Virus record (IMG/VR): IMGVR_UViG_2775507252_000002
Span: 6,792-70,791 of that record
DNA from: a virus
Strand: one strand, 5' to 3'
DNA length: 64,000 bases
Positions 47,276-57,186 of the stretch are shown piece by piece; position 1 is the stretch's first letter, and every line of letters begins with the position of its first letter. The translations under genes were made by a program, and so were the position numbers. The notes under the pieces are model-generated. The model was given only the letters and a program-made list of their open reading frames with translations, did not search any database and was not told the DNA's origin.

Positions 47276-47491
47276 ATGTCCGAACGCGAACCCTTCTCTA
47301 TTTCCCCGCCGTCTGACCGGCCTCGGCACCCGCAGCAGGAAGTTGCCGACCTGCTGGCCGCAGCACTGCTGCGCCTGCGCGCGCGTCCCGCCAGCCACAC
47401 CCTCGAAAACAGCGAGCGCGTTCGCCTTGGCTTCTCCGGCCAACAGCGCGTGAATGCGAACCCCGATCACCACTACGGAGTTCGCCCATGA
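47276..47491 (+). CDS. Small hypothetical protein
   Basis: Stop overlaps the DUF2924 start; contains motif copy 6. Confidence 0.45.
   Translation: MSEREPFSISPPSDRPRHPQQEVADLLAAALLRLRARPASHTLENSERVRLGFSGQQRVNANPDHHYGVRP
47426..47455 (+). promoter_or_regulatory. Cassette promoter motif copy upstream of the DUF2924-recombinase operon
   Basis: CTTGGCTT-CTCCGGCC-AACAGCGCGTGAAT, ~33 nt above the ATG. Confidence 0.7.
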
Positions 47492-47958
47492 CGGCACACG
47501 CACCACCACCCGCCACCACGGTCGCCGCCCAGGTCGCCGGAATCCCCCATCTGTCGATGGGCGATCTCTGGGCACTGTGGGACGAGCATTTCGATGAACG
47601 GCCCGGCCACCACCATCGCGGCTGGCTGGAGAGCCGACTGGCCTACAAGATTCAGGAGCACGCCTTCGGCGGCCTGAAACCCTCTCTGCGCAAGAAGCTC
47701 GAAGAGGTCGGCGAAACCGGCATCCTGCCGAAGCAGTTGCGCGGCGACAGCCAGCGCCTGCTGCCCGGCACCATCCTCACGCGCATCTACGACGACGTCG
47801 AGCATCGCGTGCTGGTGCGCGGCACGGGCGACTTCGAGTATCAGGGGCAACGCTTCAAGAGCCTGTCCGCGATTGCGGGCCACATCACCGGCAGCCACTG
47901 GTCTGGCCCGGTGTTCTTCGGCCTGAAGACGCCCGCCACGAAGAAGGTGACGGCATGA
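47488..47958 (+). CDS. DUF2924-family protein
   Basis: LAYKIQE.AFGGL, PGTILTR, SLSAIA..ITG..WSGP.FFGL. Confidence 0.88.
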   Translation: MTAHAPPPATTVAAQVAGIPHLSMGDLWALWDEHFDERPGHHHRGWLESRLAYKIQEHAFGGLKPSLRKKLEEVGETGILPKQLRGDSQRLLPGTILTRIYDDVEHRVLVRGTGDFEYQGQRFKSLSAIAGHITGSHWSGPVFFGLKTPATKKVTA

Positions 47959-49376
47959 GTTCCCCGCGCGCTCATTCCCTGCCGACGGTCACGCCGAAGA
48001 AGCGTTGCGCCGTCTACACCCGCAAATCCACCGACGAAGGGCTGGATCAGGAATACAACAGCCTCGAAGCCCAGCGCGACGCGGGCCTCGCCTTCATCGC
48101 CAGCCAGCGGCACGAGGGCTGGATCGCCGTCGGCGACGGCTACGACGACGGTGGCTACTCCGGCGGCAACATGGAGCGCCCGGCGCTGCGCCGCCTGATG
48201 GCCGACATCGAGGCCGGGAAGATCGACACCGTGGTCGTCTACAAGATCGACCGCCTGACGCGCAGCCTGCCGGACTTCGCCAAGCTGGTCGAGGTGTTCG
48301 ACCGCAACGGCGTGTCCTTCGTCTCGGTCACGCAGCAGTTCAACACCACGACCTCAATGGGGCGGCTGACGCTGAACATCCTGCTGTCCTTCGCGCAGTT
48401 CGAGCGCGAAGTCACGGGCGAGCGCATCCGCGACAAGATCGCGGCGAGCAAGGCCAAGGGCATGTGGATGGGCGGCGTTCCGCCCTTGGGCTACGACGTC
48501 GTCGAGCGCAAGCTCATCGTCAACGAACGCGAGGCGGCGCTGGTGCGCGACATCTTCCGGCGCTACGGCGAGCATGGCTCGGCGGCGCGACTGGTGCGTG
48601 AACTGGACATCGAAGGCCACACCACCAAGGCGTGGGTGACGCAAACCGGACGGCAGCGACCGGGGCGCACCATCGACCAGCAGTACCTGTTCACGATGCT
48701 GCGCAACCGCATCTACCTCGGCGAAATCTCCAACAACGGCCAGTGGTACGAGGGCCAACACGAAGCCATCGCCACCCCGGCGCTGTGGGATGCGGCGCAC
48801 GCCTTCATCGAACGGCGCAAGCAGGCTCCGCGCGAACACGCCGCCAAGCATCCGGCGCTGCTGGCGGGCCTGCTGTTCGCGCCCGATGGCCAGCGCATGC
48901 TGCACTCCTTCGTCAAGAAGAAGAACGGGCGGCAGTACCGGTACTACGTTCCCTACCTGCACAAGCGACGCAACGCGGGTGCGAGCCTGTCGCCCCATAC
49001 TCCGGATCGGCCGGACGTCGGCCATCTGCCCGCCGCCGAAATCGAGAACGCGGTGCTGGCGCAAATCCACGCGGCGCTCTCCGCGCCGCAGATGCTGATC
49101 GCGGTGCGGCGATCCTGCCAGCAGCATCCTGCAGGTAGCAAGCTCGACGAGGCGCAGGTGGTCGTGGCCATGCAGCGCATCGGCGACGTGTGGGCGCAGT
49201 TGTTCCCCGCCGAGCAGCAACGCATCACGCGGCTGCTGATCGAACGGGTGCAACTACACGCGCAGGGGCTGGACATCGTCTGGCGCGAGGACGGCTGGAT
49301 CGGGTTCGGGGCCGACATCGGCGCGCACCCGCTTGTCGAAGAAGCCCGCGCGCAGGCCGAAGAGGCGCTGGCATGA
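47955..49376 (+). CDS. Large serine recombinase (integrase)
   Basis: AVYTRKST, DRLTRS, FAQFERE, PPLGYD. Confidence 0.93.
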   Translation: MSSPRAHSLPTVTPKKRCAVYTRKSTDEGLDQEYNSLEAQRDAGLAFIASQRHEGWIAVGDGYDDGGYSGGNMERPALRRLMADIEAGKIDTVVVYKIDRLTRSLPDFAKLVEVFDRNGVSFVSVTQQFNTTTSMGRLTLNILLSFAQFEREVTGERIRDKIAASKAKGMWMGGVPPLGYDVVERKLIVNEREAALVRDIFRRYGEHGSAARLVRELDIEGHTTKAWVTQTGRQRPGRTIDQQYLFTMLRNRIYLGEISNNGQWYEGQHEAIATPALWDAAHAFIERRKQAPREHAAKHPALLAGLLFAPDGQRMLHSFVKKKNGRQYRYYVPYLHKRRNAGASLSPHTPDRPDVGHLPAAEIENAVLAQIHAALSAPQMLIAVRRSCQQHPAGSKLDEAQVVVAMQRIGDVWAQLFPAEQQRITRLLIERVQLHAQGLDIVWREDGWIGFGADIGAHPLVEEARAQAEEALA

Positions 49377-49837
49377 ACACCACGGCGAACCCGCGCAAGC
49401 GCACCGTCCACATCGAGGTCAGTACCGATGCCCGCAGCTACGTCAGCGGCGGTCAGCGGGTCACGCTGGTACCGTTGACGATCAAGCACCGCCAGAACCG
49501 CAAACTGCTGATCCCGCCCGCCCCCGACGCCACTGGCGCGGCAGGCGGCTTCGACGCGCCGATGATCAAGACGCTCGGCAAGGCCTTCTACTGGAAGCGG
49601 CTGATCGACGAAGGCGTCTATCCGACGACCGCAGATCTGGCGCGCGCGCTGAAAGTGGAGACAGGCTGGGCGGCCGAGGTACTGCGCATGACCATGCTGG
49701 CCCCGGACATCGTCGAGGCGATCTTCGAGGGCCGCCAACCCCGGCATCTGAACCTGCACACGCTGCGCGGCCGCCAAGACCTGCTGCCTCGAGATTGGGG
49801 CGAGCAGCGTCGGCTGCTGGGCTTCACCGACGCCTGA
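49373..49837 (+). CDS. Recombinase-associated hypothetical protein
   Basis: LAPDIVEAIFEGRQP...LPRDWGEQR; coupled to the recombinase. Confidence 0.75.
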   Translation: MNTTANPRKRTVHIEVSTDARSYVSGGQRVTLVPLTIKHRQNRKLLIPPAPDATGAAGGFDAPMIKTLGKAFYWKRLIDEGVYPTTADLARALKVETGWAAEVLRMTMLAPDIVEAIFEGRQPRHLNLHTLRGRQDLLPRDWGEQRRLLGFTDA

Positions 49838-49906
49838 ACCCCGTCCCCGATTTCCGCTGACGACGGCGAGCCATGTGCTCGCCGTTTTCGTTGGCGCGGG
49901 CGGATT

Positions 49907-49960
49907 GGCGAACCCGAAGTTTCCGCGTGGTTCGCCATTGCGTCCCTTCAAGGTTCGCCA
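49907..49960. promoter_or_regulatory. Operator-like GGTTCGCCA repeats (one inverted, two direct)
   Basis: TGGCGAACC at 49907; GGTTCGCCA at 49929 and 49952. Confidence 0.45.
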
Positions 49961-50011
49961 CCCGAAATTTGGAATGACACCTGTTCCTCAACAACGCAAC
50001 AGGAGCGTTCC

Positions 50012-50287
50012 ATGCAGACATCAGCAAGCAGTATCCCCCGGTCGCCCTCAACGGCGAATTCTCAGGCGATCAACAGCCTTTCACCCGGCGACCGCCGGGT
50101 GCTGAACGAAAACGAACTGGCCCAGCGATGGGGCGTCAGCCCCAAGACGCTGCAACGCTGGCGCAGCGAAGGTCGTGGCCCGCGCTACCTGAAGCTGTCC
50201 AAGCGCGTCGGCTATCCCGTGGACGCCGTCATCGAGTTCGAGCGCGACGCGCTCCACGACTCGACGTCCGAACGCGCCGCGGTTTGA
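50012..50287 (+). CDS. AlpA/excisionase-like HTH protein
   Basis: ELAQRWGVSPKTLQRWRSEGRGP. Confidence 0.85.
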   Translation: MQTSASSIPRSPSTANSQAINSLSPGDRRVLNENELAQRWGVSPKTLQRWRSEGRGPRYLKLSKRVGYPVDAVIEFERDALHDSTSERAAV

Positions 50288-50298
50288 GGAGCGATGCC

Positions 50299-50778
50299 AT
50301 GAACGACATCACCCTCTTTCCCGCCGACATCGCCGCGATGTCCGTCAGCCAGTTGGCCGCACTGCCCGCCGCGCAGAAGGCCGAGATCGACAAGAACCTC
50401 GACGAAGCCCTCGACTGGCTCAAAAAGGCGCGTACCAAGTTCGATGCGGCGCTCGATGCTGCCTACGGCGAACAGGCCCGCACGGCACTGCGCGATTCCG
50501 GCCGCGACTTCGGCACCGCGCACATCGACGACGGCGCGCTGCACATCAAGTTCGAGTTGCCCAAGAAGGTCAGTTGGGATCAGAAGAAGCTGGGCGTCAT
50601 CGCCGCCCACATCGTGGCCTCCGGCGAGAAGGTCGAGCACTTCCTCGACGTGAAGCTGGCGGTTTCCGAATCGCGCTTCACCAACTGGCCGCCGTCGCTC
50701 CAGCAGGAGTTCGCCGCCGCTCGAACGGTCGAGCCGGGCAAGCCGTCTTTCACCCTCTCTCTCGATTCGGAACACTGA
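50299..50778 (+). CDS. Conserved phage early protein (paralog of 58..540)
   Basis: Clear similarity. Confidence 0.85.
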   Translation: MNDITLFPADIAAMSVSQLAALPAAQKAEIDKNLDEALDWLKKARTKFDAALDAAYGEQARTALRDSGRDFGTAHIDDGALHIKFELPKKVSWDQKKLGVIAAHIVASGEKVEHFLDVKLAVSESRFTNWPPSLQQEFAAARTVEPGKPSFTLSLDSEH

Positions 50779-50780
50779 TC

Positions 50781-51062
50781 ATGAGCACCAGCCTCATCGC
50801 TTTGCTGCGCGAGCAGCTGCCGTCCATCTACGGCGATTCCCTGCCGAGGGAGATCCACTACCGCAACGCCGACGGCAACTTGATCGCCGTCGCGCTCGAA
50901 GTGGCCACGGTGGACGAACTGGCCTTTGCCATCCAGACCGCCAACGCAGAAGCCTTGACTCTGAGTCGTCGCCGCAACGCGCTGGAAGACCTCCACGCCG
51001 AAGCACGCAAGCGTGCCGCACGCGGTGCCGACCGCATCGCCGACGTCGCTTGGGAGGGCTGA
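50781..51062 (+). CDS. Hypothetical protein
   Basis: Tightly packed between neighbours; absent from prophage 1. Confidence 0.65.
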   Translation: MSTSLIALLREQLPSIYGDSLPREIHYRNADGNLIAVALEVATVDELAFAIQTANAEALTLSRRRNALEDLHAEARKRAARGADRIADVAWEG

Positions 51063-51064
51063 TC

Positions 51065-51823
51065 ATGAGCGCGATCATTCCCTTCCAGTTCGAGGCGCAC
51101 GCCGTGCGCGTGCAGGTCGATGATGCGGGCCTGCCGTGGTTCAACGCCAGCGACGTCTGCGACGCGCTGGAGATGGGCAACCCGTCTCAGGCGGTCAAGT
51201 CCCATGTCGATGCAGAGGATCTCCAGAAATTGGAGACCCTTACGACAGGTGGTCGCCAGCGCCAGAACCACGTCAACGAATCCGGCCTCTACGCCCTGAT
51301 CCTCGGCAGCACGAAGGACGCCGCGAAACGCTTCAAGCGTTGGGTGACCGGCGAGGTGCTGCCAGCGATCCGCAAGACCGGCAGCTACGCCGTCCCCGGC
51401 GCGCTGGCGGCCTTGCCCGCGCCGACCCACGACCGCGTGTCCGCGATCCTGCTGATCGGCGAGGCCGTGGCGAAGGTGCCGGGCGTGAAGCCGGGCATCG
51501 CGGCGGCAGCGACGCTGACCTGCATTCAGGAGAACACCGGCATCACCACCGAGGTGCTGCGCCGCGCGCTGCCGTCGGCCAACGAGCCGATCTGCGCCCT
51601 GAACGCCACCCAGCTTGGCAAGCTGCTGAACCGCTCGGCCAAGGCCACCAACCAGTCGCTGGCATCGCACGGCTTCCAGTTCCGAAACGACCGCGACGAA
51701 TGGGAACTGACCGAGGCCGGTGAAGCCTGGGCCGAGGCCATGCCGTACTCGCGCAACGGCCATAGCGGCTATCAGATCCTCTGGAACCCTGCCGTCGCCG
51801 AGCAGTTGAAGGAGGCCGCGTGA
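51065..51823 (+). CDS. BRO-N domain antirepressor-like protein
   Basis: PWFNASDVC, VNESGLYALILGS, FKRWVTGEVLPAIRKTGSY. Confidence 0.9.
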   Translation: MSAIIPFQFEAHAVRVQVDDAGLPWFNASDVCDALEMGNPSQAVKSHVDAEDLQKLETLTTGGRQRQNHVNESGLYALILGSTKDAAKRFKRWVTGEVLPAIRKTGSYAVPGALAALPAPTHDRVSAILLIGEAVAKVPGVKPGIAAAATLTCIQENTGITTEVLRRALPSANEPICALNATQLGKLLNRSAKATNQSLASHGFQFRNDRDEWELTEAGEAWAEAMPYSRNGHSGYQILWNPAVAEQLKEAA

Positions 51824-52677
51824 TGAGCCTCCCCATCATCTCCGCGCAGCAGCGCATGGCCGAACGCAAAGGCGTGAAGCTGCTGATGTTGGGCAAGTCC
51901 GGCATCGGCAAGACCACCCGGCTCAAAGACCTCGACCCGGCCACCACGCTGTTCCTCGACATCGAGGCGGGCGATCTTGCCGTGGCCGACTGGCCGGGCG
52001 ACACCATCCGTCCGGCATCGTGGCCGGAGAGCCGCGACTTCTTCGTGTTCCTTGCGGGCCCGGACAAGTCGCTGCCGCCGGAGAGCGCTTTCTCCCAGGC
52101 GCACTACGACCACGTCATCGAGAAGTTTGGCGATCCGACTCAGCTCGACCGCTACCAGACATTTTTCCTCGACTCGATCACGCAGCTGTCCCGCCAGTGC
52201 TTTGCGTGGTGCAAGACCCAGCCGGGCGCGGTCAGCGACCGTACCGGCAAACCGGACATGCGCGGTGCCTACGGGCAGCTTGGCCAGGAGATGGTCAGCG
52301 CCTTGACCCACCTCCAGCACGCACGAGGCAAGAACGTGGTGTTCGTGGCCATCCTCGATGAACGGCTCGATGACTACAACCGCAAGGTGTTCGTGCCGCA
52401 GATCGAAGGCAGCAAGACCAGCCTCGAACTGCCTGGCATCGTCGATGAGGTCGTGACGCTGGCCGAGATCAAGGCCCAGAACCCGGATGGCAGCGACAGC
52501 AGCTTCCGCGCCTTCGTCACCCACACCCTCAATCCCTACGGCTTCCCGGCCAAAGACCGCAGCGGTCGCCTCGACCTGCTCGAACCGCCGGACTTGAACG
52601 CGCTGATCGCCAAGTGCGCAGGCACGCCCGTGCCCGCCAGCACCGCCATTCCCAAATCCCACGAATCTCAGGAGTAA
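51820..52677 (+). CDS. AAA_24 / Sak4-like ATPase
   Basis: Paralog of 537..1442. Confidence 0.85.
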   Translation: MMSLPIISAQQRMAERKGVKLLMLGKSGIGKTTRLKDLDPATTLFLDIEAGDLAVADWPGDTIRPASWPESRDFFVFLAGPDKSLPPESAFSQAHYDHVIEKFGDPTQLDRYQTFFLDSITQLSRQCFAWCKTQPGAVSDRTGKPDMRGAYGQLGQEMVSALTHLQHARGKNVVFVAILDERLDDYNRKVFVPQIEGSKTSLELPGIVDEVVTLAEIKAQNPDGSDSSFRAFVTHTLNPYGFPAKDRSGRLDLLEPPDLNALIAKCAGTPVPASTAIPKSHESQE

Positions 52678-52682
52678 TCGCC

Positions 52683-53324
52683 ATGACCACGCAGAACTGG
52701 AACGACTTCAACGACGCCGAGCAGCAGCAAGGCTTCGACCTCATCCCCAAGGGCACCATCGTCCCGGTGCGCATGACCATCAAACCCGGTGGTCACGATG
52801 ACCCGTCGCAGAACTGGACGGGCGGCTACGCCACCCAGTCCTTTGACACCGGGTCGGTCTATCTCGCCGCCGAATTCGTGGTGACTGCAGGCAACCACGC
52901 CAAACGCAAGATGTGGTCGAACATCGGCCTGTACTCACCAAAGGGGGCAACCTGGGGCCAGATGGGGCGCACGTTTATCCGCGCTGCGCTCAACAGTGCC
53001 CGCAACGTCCACCCGCAGGACAACAGCCCGCAAGCCTCTGCCGCACGCCGCATTCAGGGCTTCCATGAACTGGACGGCATCGAGTTCCTCGCACGCGTGG
53101 ACGTCGAGAAGGATGCCAAGGGTGGTGATCGCAACGTCGTGAAGCTGGCGGTCGAACCCGACCACCCCGACTACGCCAAGTTCATGGGCGTGCCGCCCAA
53201 GACCAAGACCGGCGGCGGTAACTCCGGCGCTCCGGCACAGGCCGCGCCTTCGTCCTACGCCACCGCCACGCCCGCCGCAGCGCAGCGCGCGCCGGTGACC
53301 GGCAAGCCCGCGTGGGCGCAGTGA
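52683..53324 (+). CDS. Probable ssDNA-binding protein
   Basis: Paralog of 1448..2071. Confidence 0.65.
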   Translation: MTTQNWNDFNDAEQQQGFDLIPKGTIVPVRMTIKPGGHDDPSQNWTGGYATQSFDTGSVYLAAEFVVTAGNHAKRKMWSNIGLYSPKGATWGQMGRTFIRAALNSARNVHPQDNSPQASAARRIQGFHELDGIEFLARVDVEKDAKGGDRNVVKLAVEPDHPDYAKFMGVPPKTKTGGGNSGAPAQAAPSSYATATPAAAQRAPVTGKPAWAQ

Positions 53325-53333
53325 GGGAGGCGA

Positions 53334-53816
53334 ATGAAATGCTGGGTCTGCAAACGACAGGCGCGCGGCTACGGCCACACGGATGGCCGGTTCCAGACCG
53401 CCGATCCGCGCCGCTACGTGATGGACTGGGTGTTCTGCTCACGCCGCTGTCAGGACGCCTTTCACGCGCTCTATGGCAACTGGACGCGCGTGCAGGAAGG
53501 GCGCACGCCCAAGACGGAGGTCGCCATGATCGATCCGTCTGATGTCGAGCTGGGCGCGATGCGCAAATGCCTGAAGGCCTTCGGCGAGGCAGCGGGCGAG
53601 ATTGGTTTCGGCAAACCGCTGGGCGACTACGCCGAAGCCGAGGCGCTGCGCGTCATCGACGCCATCGTCACCTGCTACACGGAGGCGATGGTCGAGCACC
53701 ACGAGGTGACCAAGTACCCGCCTGTGCGCGGCATGGAGCCGACGCCCGATCCGTTCGGCTTCTCCGATCTGGAGGACAAGGAGTTCTGGGACGAGCCAAA
53801 GGGGAAGAAGCCATGA
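53334..53816 (+). CDS. Zn-finger phage protein, DUF6511-like
   Basis: Paralog of 2935..3435. Confidence 0.75.
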   Translation: MKCWVCKRQARGYGHTDGRFQTADPRRYVMDWVFCSRRCQDAFHALYGNWTRVQEGRTPKTEVAMIDPSDVELGAMRKCLKAFGEAAGEIGFGKPLGDYAEAEALRVIDAIVTCYTEAMVEHHEVTKYPPVRGMEPTPDPFGFSDLEDKEFWDEPKGKKP

Positions 53817-54547
53817 TGGACTTCAATTCCTCGGCCAGCGTCTCCGGCCAGATCACGGCACTGATCGACATCGGGATGCAGCGCATGCGCGAGCAACAAC
53901 CCGCACGCGACTATCTCGGTGCATCGCGTCTGGGCATCGAGTGCGAGCGCGCCTTGCAGTTCGAATACGCCAAGGCTCCCGTGGATCACGGGCGCGACAC
54001 CGGTGGGCGGATGCTGCGCATCTTCGAACGCGGCCACGTCATGGAGGACTGCATGGTGGCGTGGCTGCGCGGCGCGGGTTTCGACCTGCGCACGCAGAGA
54101 CCCGACGGCGGCCAGTTCGGTTTCTCCGACGCGCACGGTCGGCTGCGCGGTCACGTCGATGGCGTACTCGTCGACGGGCCGGAGGGCTTCCGCTATCCCG
54201 CGCTGTGGGAGAACAAATGCCTCGGCGCGAAGGCGTGGCGCGAGCTCGAAGCCAAAGGCCTCGCGGTCGCCAAACCGGTGTATGCGGCGCAGGTCGCGCT
54301 GTATCAGGCGCACCTGCAACTGCACGAGCACCCGGCGCTGTTCACCGCGATCAACGCCGACACGATGGACGTCTACGTCGAGCTGGTGGACTTCGATCCG
54401 TCGCTGGCACAGCGCATGACCGACCGCGCGGTCAAGGTCATCTCCGCAACCGAAGCCGGTGAGCTGCTGCCGCGCAACTTCAACGACCTCACCCATTTCG
54501 AGTGCCGCATGTGCGCGTGGCAAGACCGCTGCTGGAGTCCGACATGA
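53813..54547 (+). CDS. PD-(D/E)XK Cas4-like exonuclease
   Basis: Paralog of 3432..4166. Confidence 0.85.
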   Translation: MMDFNSSASVSGQITALIDIGMQRMREQQPARDYLGASRLGIECERALQFEYAKAPVDHGRDTGGRMLRIFERGHVMEDCMVAWLRGAGFDLRTQRPDGGQFGFSDAHGRLRGHVDGVLVDGPEGFRYPALWENKCLGAKAWRELEAKGLAVAKPVYAAQVALYQAHLQLHEHPALFTAINADTMDVYVELVDFDPSLAQRMTDRAVKVISATEAGELLPRNFNDLTHFECRMCAWQDRCWSPT

Positions 54548-54771
54548 ACCACACCCCTTTGAATCAGGTGCTCGGCGAGCAATTCATCGACGCGCGCCAA
54601 GCGGCGCTGATGTTCAATCTGCCGACCTACTGGCTCTCGCAAGCCAAGGAACGCCAGCAGCGCCGCATTCCGCACTACCGCGTCGGCAAGCTCGTTCGCT
54701 TCAAGCCCAACGAACTGGAAGCGTGGATCGTCGCGCAGCAGCCCTCCGACGAGGAGGCTGTGGATGCTTGA
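54544..54771 (+). CDS. Small excisionase-like HTH protein
   Basis: IPHYRVGKLVRFK. Confidence 0.7.
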   Translation: MNHTPLNQVLGEQFIDARQAALMFNLPTYWLSQAKERQQRRIPHYRVGKLVRFKPNELEAWIVAQQPSDEEAVDA

Positions 54772-57046
54772 TTTCAACGACACGCACACCCCTGTTCCTC
54801 GTGACCTCGGCGCCGAACGCGAAGCGATCCGCGCCGAACTGCTGGCGCGGCTGGAATCGATGCTGGCCGCACTGTTTCCGGCAGGCCGAAAGCGCGGCGG
54901 CAAGTTCCTCACCGGCGACGTACTCGGCAGTCCGGGCGACAGTCTGGAGATCGTGCTCGATGGCGACAAGGCGGGCCTGTGGACGGATCGCGCCACGGGC
55001 GACGGCGGCGACATCTTCGCGCTGATCGCCGCCCACCACGGCATCGATGCCCACGCCGGCTTCCCGCGCACGCTCGACGCGGCGACCGAACTGCTCGGAC
55101 GTGCTCCGATGGCGCTGGCGCGCAAATCGAAGAAGGAAGCGCCCGTCGACGACCTCGGCCCGGCCACCGCGAAGTGGGACTACCTCGACGCCTCCGGCAA
55201 GCTGATCGCGGTCGTCTACCGCTACGACCCGCCCGGCAGGAAGAAGGAGTTCCGCCCGTGGGACGCGCGCCGCCGCAAGATGGCTCCGCCCGATCCGCGG
55301 CCGCTCTACAACCAGCCGGGCATGGCCAGCGCCGCGCTGGTGGTGCTGGTCGAAGGCGAGAAATGCGCGCAAGCGCTGATCGACGCAGGCATCGCCGCCA
55401 CGACCGCGATGCACGGCGCGAACGCCCCGGTCGAGAAAACCGACTGGTCGCCGCTGGCGGGCAAGGCCGTGCTGGTCTGGCCCGACCGCGACAAGCCGGG
55501 CTGGGAGTACGCGACGCAGGCGGCGCAGGCCATCCTGTCGGCGGGCGCGAAGCCCTGCCACATTCTGTACCCGCCCGAAGAAGCGGCGGAAGGCTGGGAC
55601 GCGGCGGACGCCGTGGCCGAAGGCTTCGACGTCGCGGCCTTCCTCACCCACGGCCCGCGCCTCCAGATGCACGACATCGACGAGGATGCCGCGCCGGTCG
55701 TCAGCAGCGACGAATCGGTGTGGGGCACCGAAGATGCGCTGGCGCTGGCCTTCACCCGGCGCTACCACCGCGACTGGCGCTACGTCGCGGCATGGGGACG
55801 CTGGCTGGTGTGGGACGGGCACCGCTGGCGCACCGAGGACACGCTGGCGGCGACCGACCTGATCCGCAGCGTCTGCCGCCACGCCGCCGTCCACGCCGAC
55901 AACCCGAAGATCGCCGCCAAGCTCGCCACCTCCGGCACGGTCGGCGGCGTCGAACGGCTGGCGCGCGCGGATCGCAGGCACGCGGCCACCACCGCCGAAT
56001 GGGACGCCGATCCGTGGCTGCTCAACACGCCCGGCGGTGTGGTCGATCTCAAGACCGGCAGGCAGCGCACGCACGACCGTGCCGACCGGATGACCAAGAT
56101 CACCACGGCCACGCCCGGTGGCGACTGCCCGATCTGGCGGCAGTTCCTCGCCGAGGTCACGGGCGGCGATGCCGAGCTACAAGCCTACCTGCAACGCATG
56201 ACCGGCTACGCGCTCACCGGCTCGACGCAGGAGCACGCGCTGTTCTTCCTCTACGGCACGGGCGCGAACGGCAAGTCGGTGTTCGTCAACACGCTGGCCA
56301 CGATCTTGGGCGACTACGCGGCCAACGCGCCGATGGACACGTTCATGGAGACGCGCACCGACCGGCATCCGACCGACATGGCGGGTCTGCGCGGCGCACG
56401 GTTCGTCGCCGCCATCGAAACCGAGCAAGGGCGGCGTTGGGCCGAGTCGAAGATCAAGAACCTCACGGGCGGCGACAAGATCTCCGCGCGCTTCATGCGG
56501 CAGGACTTCTTCGAGTTCTTCCCGCAGTTCAAGCTGTTCGTCGCGGGCAACCACAAGCCCGCCATCCGCAACATCGACGAAGCGATGAAGCGGCGTCTGC
56601 ACCTGATCCCGTTCACGATCACCGTGCCGCCCGAACGCCGCGACAAGCATCTCCAGCAGAAACTCTTGGCCGAGCGGGACGGCGTCTTGGCGTGGGCGGT
56701 CCAGGGCTGTCTCGACTGGCAGCGTCTGGGTCGGCTCGATCCGCCGCAGCAGGTGCTCGAAGCGACCGAGGAGTATTTCGAGGCCGAGGACGCGCTGGGC
56801 CGCTGGCTCGACGAACGCTGCGTGCGCGACGCCAACGCGAAATCGCTGACCGCCGAACTGTTCAACGACTGGAAGCAGTGGGCCGACTCCGCAGGCGAGT
56901 TCATCGGCTCGCAGCGCCGGTTTTCCGACCTGCTCATCACCCGTGGCGTCGAGAAGTGGCGCAACACGGCGGGCGTTCGCGGCTTCCGTGGCATTGGCCT
57001 CAAGAACCCGCCCATGCCCGCTTACACCCCATACGCCGACGACTGA
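54764..57046 (+). CDS. P4-family primase-helicase
   Basis: Paralog of 4957..7251. Confidence 0.92.
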   Translation: MLDFNDTHTPVPRDLGAEREAIRAELLARLESMLAALFPAGRKRGGKFLTGDVLGSPGDSLEIVLDGDKAGLWTDRATGDGGDIFALIAAHHGIDAHAGFPRTLDAATELLGRAPMALARKSKKEAPVDDLGPATAKWDYLDASGKLIAVVYRYDPPGRKKEFRPWDARRRKMAPPDPRPLYNQPGMASAALVVLVEGEKCAQALIDAGIAATTAMHGANAPVEKTDWSPLAGKAVLVWPDRDKPGWEYATQAAQAILSAGAKPCHILYPPEEAAEGWDAADAVAEGFDVAAFLTHGPRLQMHDIDEDAAPVVSSDESVWGTEDALALAFTRRYHRDWRYVAAWGRWLVWDGHRWRTEDTLAATDLIRSVCRHAAVHADNPKIAAKLATSGTVGGVERLARADRRHAATTAEWDADPWLLNTPGGVVDLKTGRQRTHDRADRMTKITTATPGGDCPIWRQFLAEVTGGDAELQAYLQRMTGYALTGSTQEHALFFLYGTGANGKSVFVNTLATILGDYAANAPMDTFMETRTDRHPTDMAGLRGARFVAAIETEQGRRWAESKIKNLTGGDKISARFMRQDFFEFFPQFKLFVAGNHKPAIRNIDEAMKRRLHLIPFTITVPPERRDKHLQQKLLAERDGVLAWAVQGCLDWQRLGRLDPPQQVLEATEEYFEAEDALGRWLDERCVRDANAKSLTAELFNDWKQWADSAGEFIGSQRRFSDLLITRGVEKWRNTAGVRGFRGIGLKNPPMPAYTPYADD

Positions 57047-57054
57047 CAGCCATG

Positions 57055-57162
57055 CCGACGCATCCGACTGACACATTTGACGCACTACGTCGTAACTTTC
57101 CCCGCGCGGGCGCGTGCGCACGTCTCATGGGAGTTTCGATACCGAGTGTCGGATGCGTCAGT
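57055..57162. other. Candidate replication origin of prophage 2
   Basis: 12-bp inverted repeat GACGCATCCGAC (57057-57068 / 57148-57159) around a CG-rich tract. Confidence 0.5.
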
Positions 57163-57186
57163 CCTCACCGAACGAGGAACGCAACC

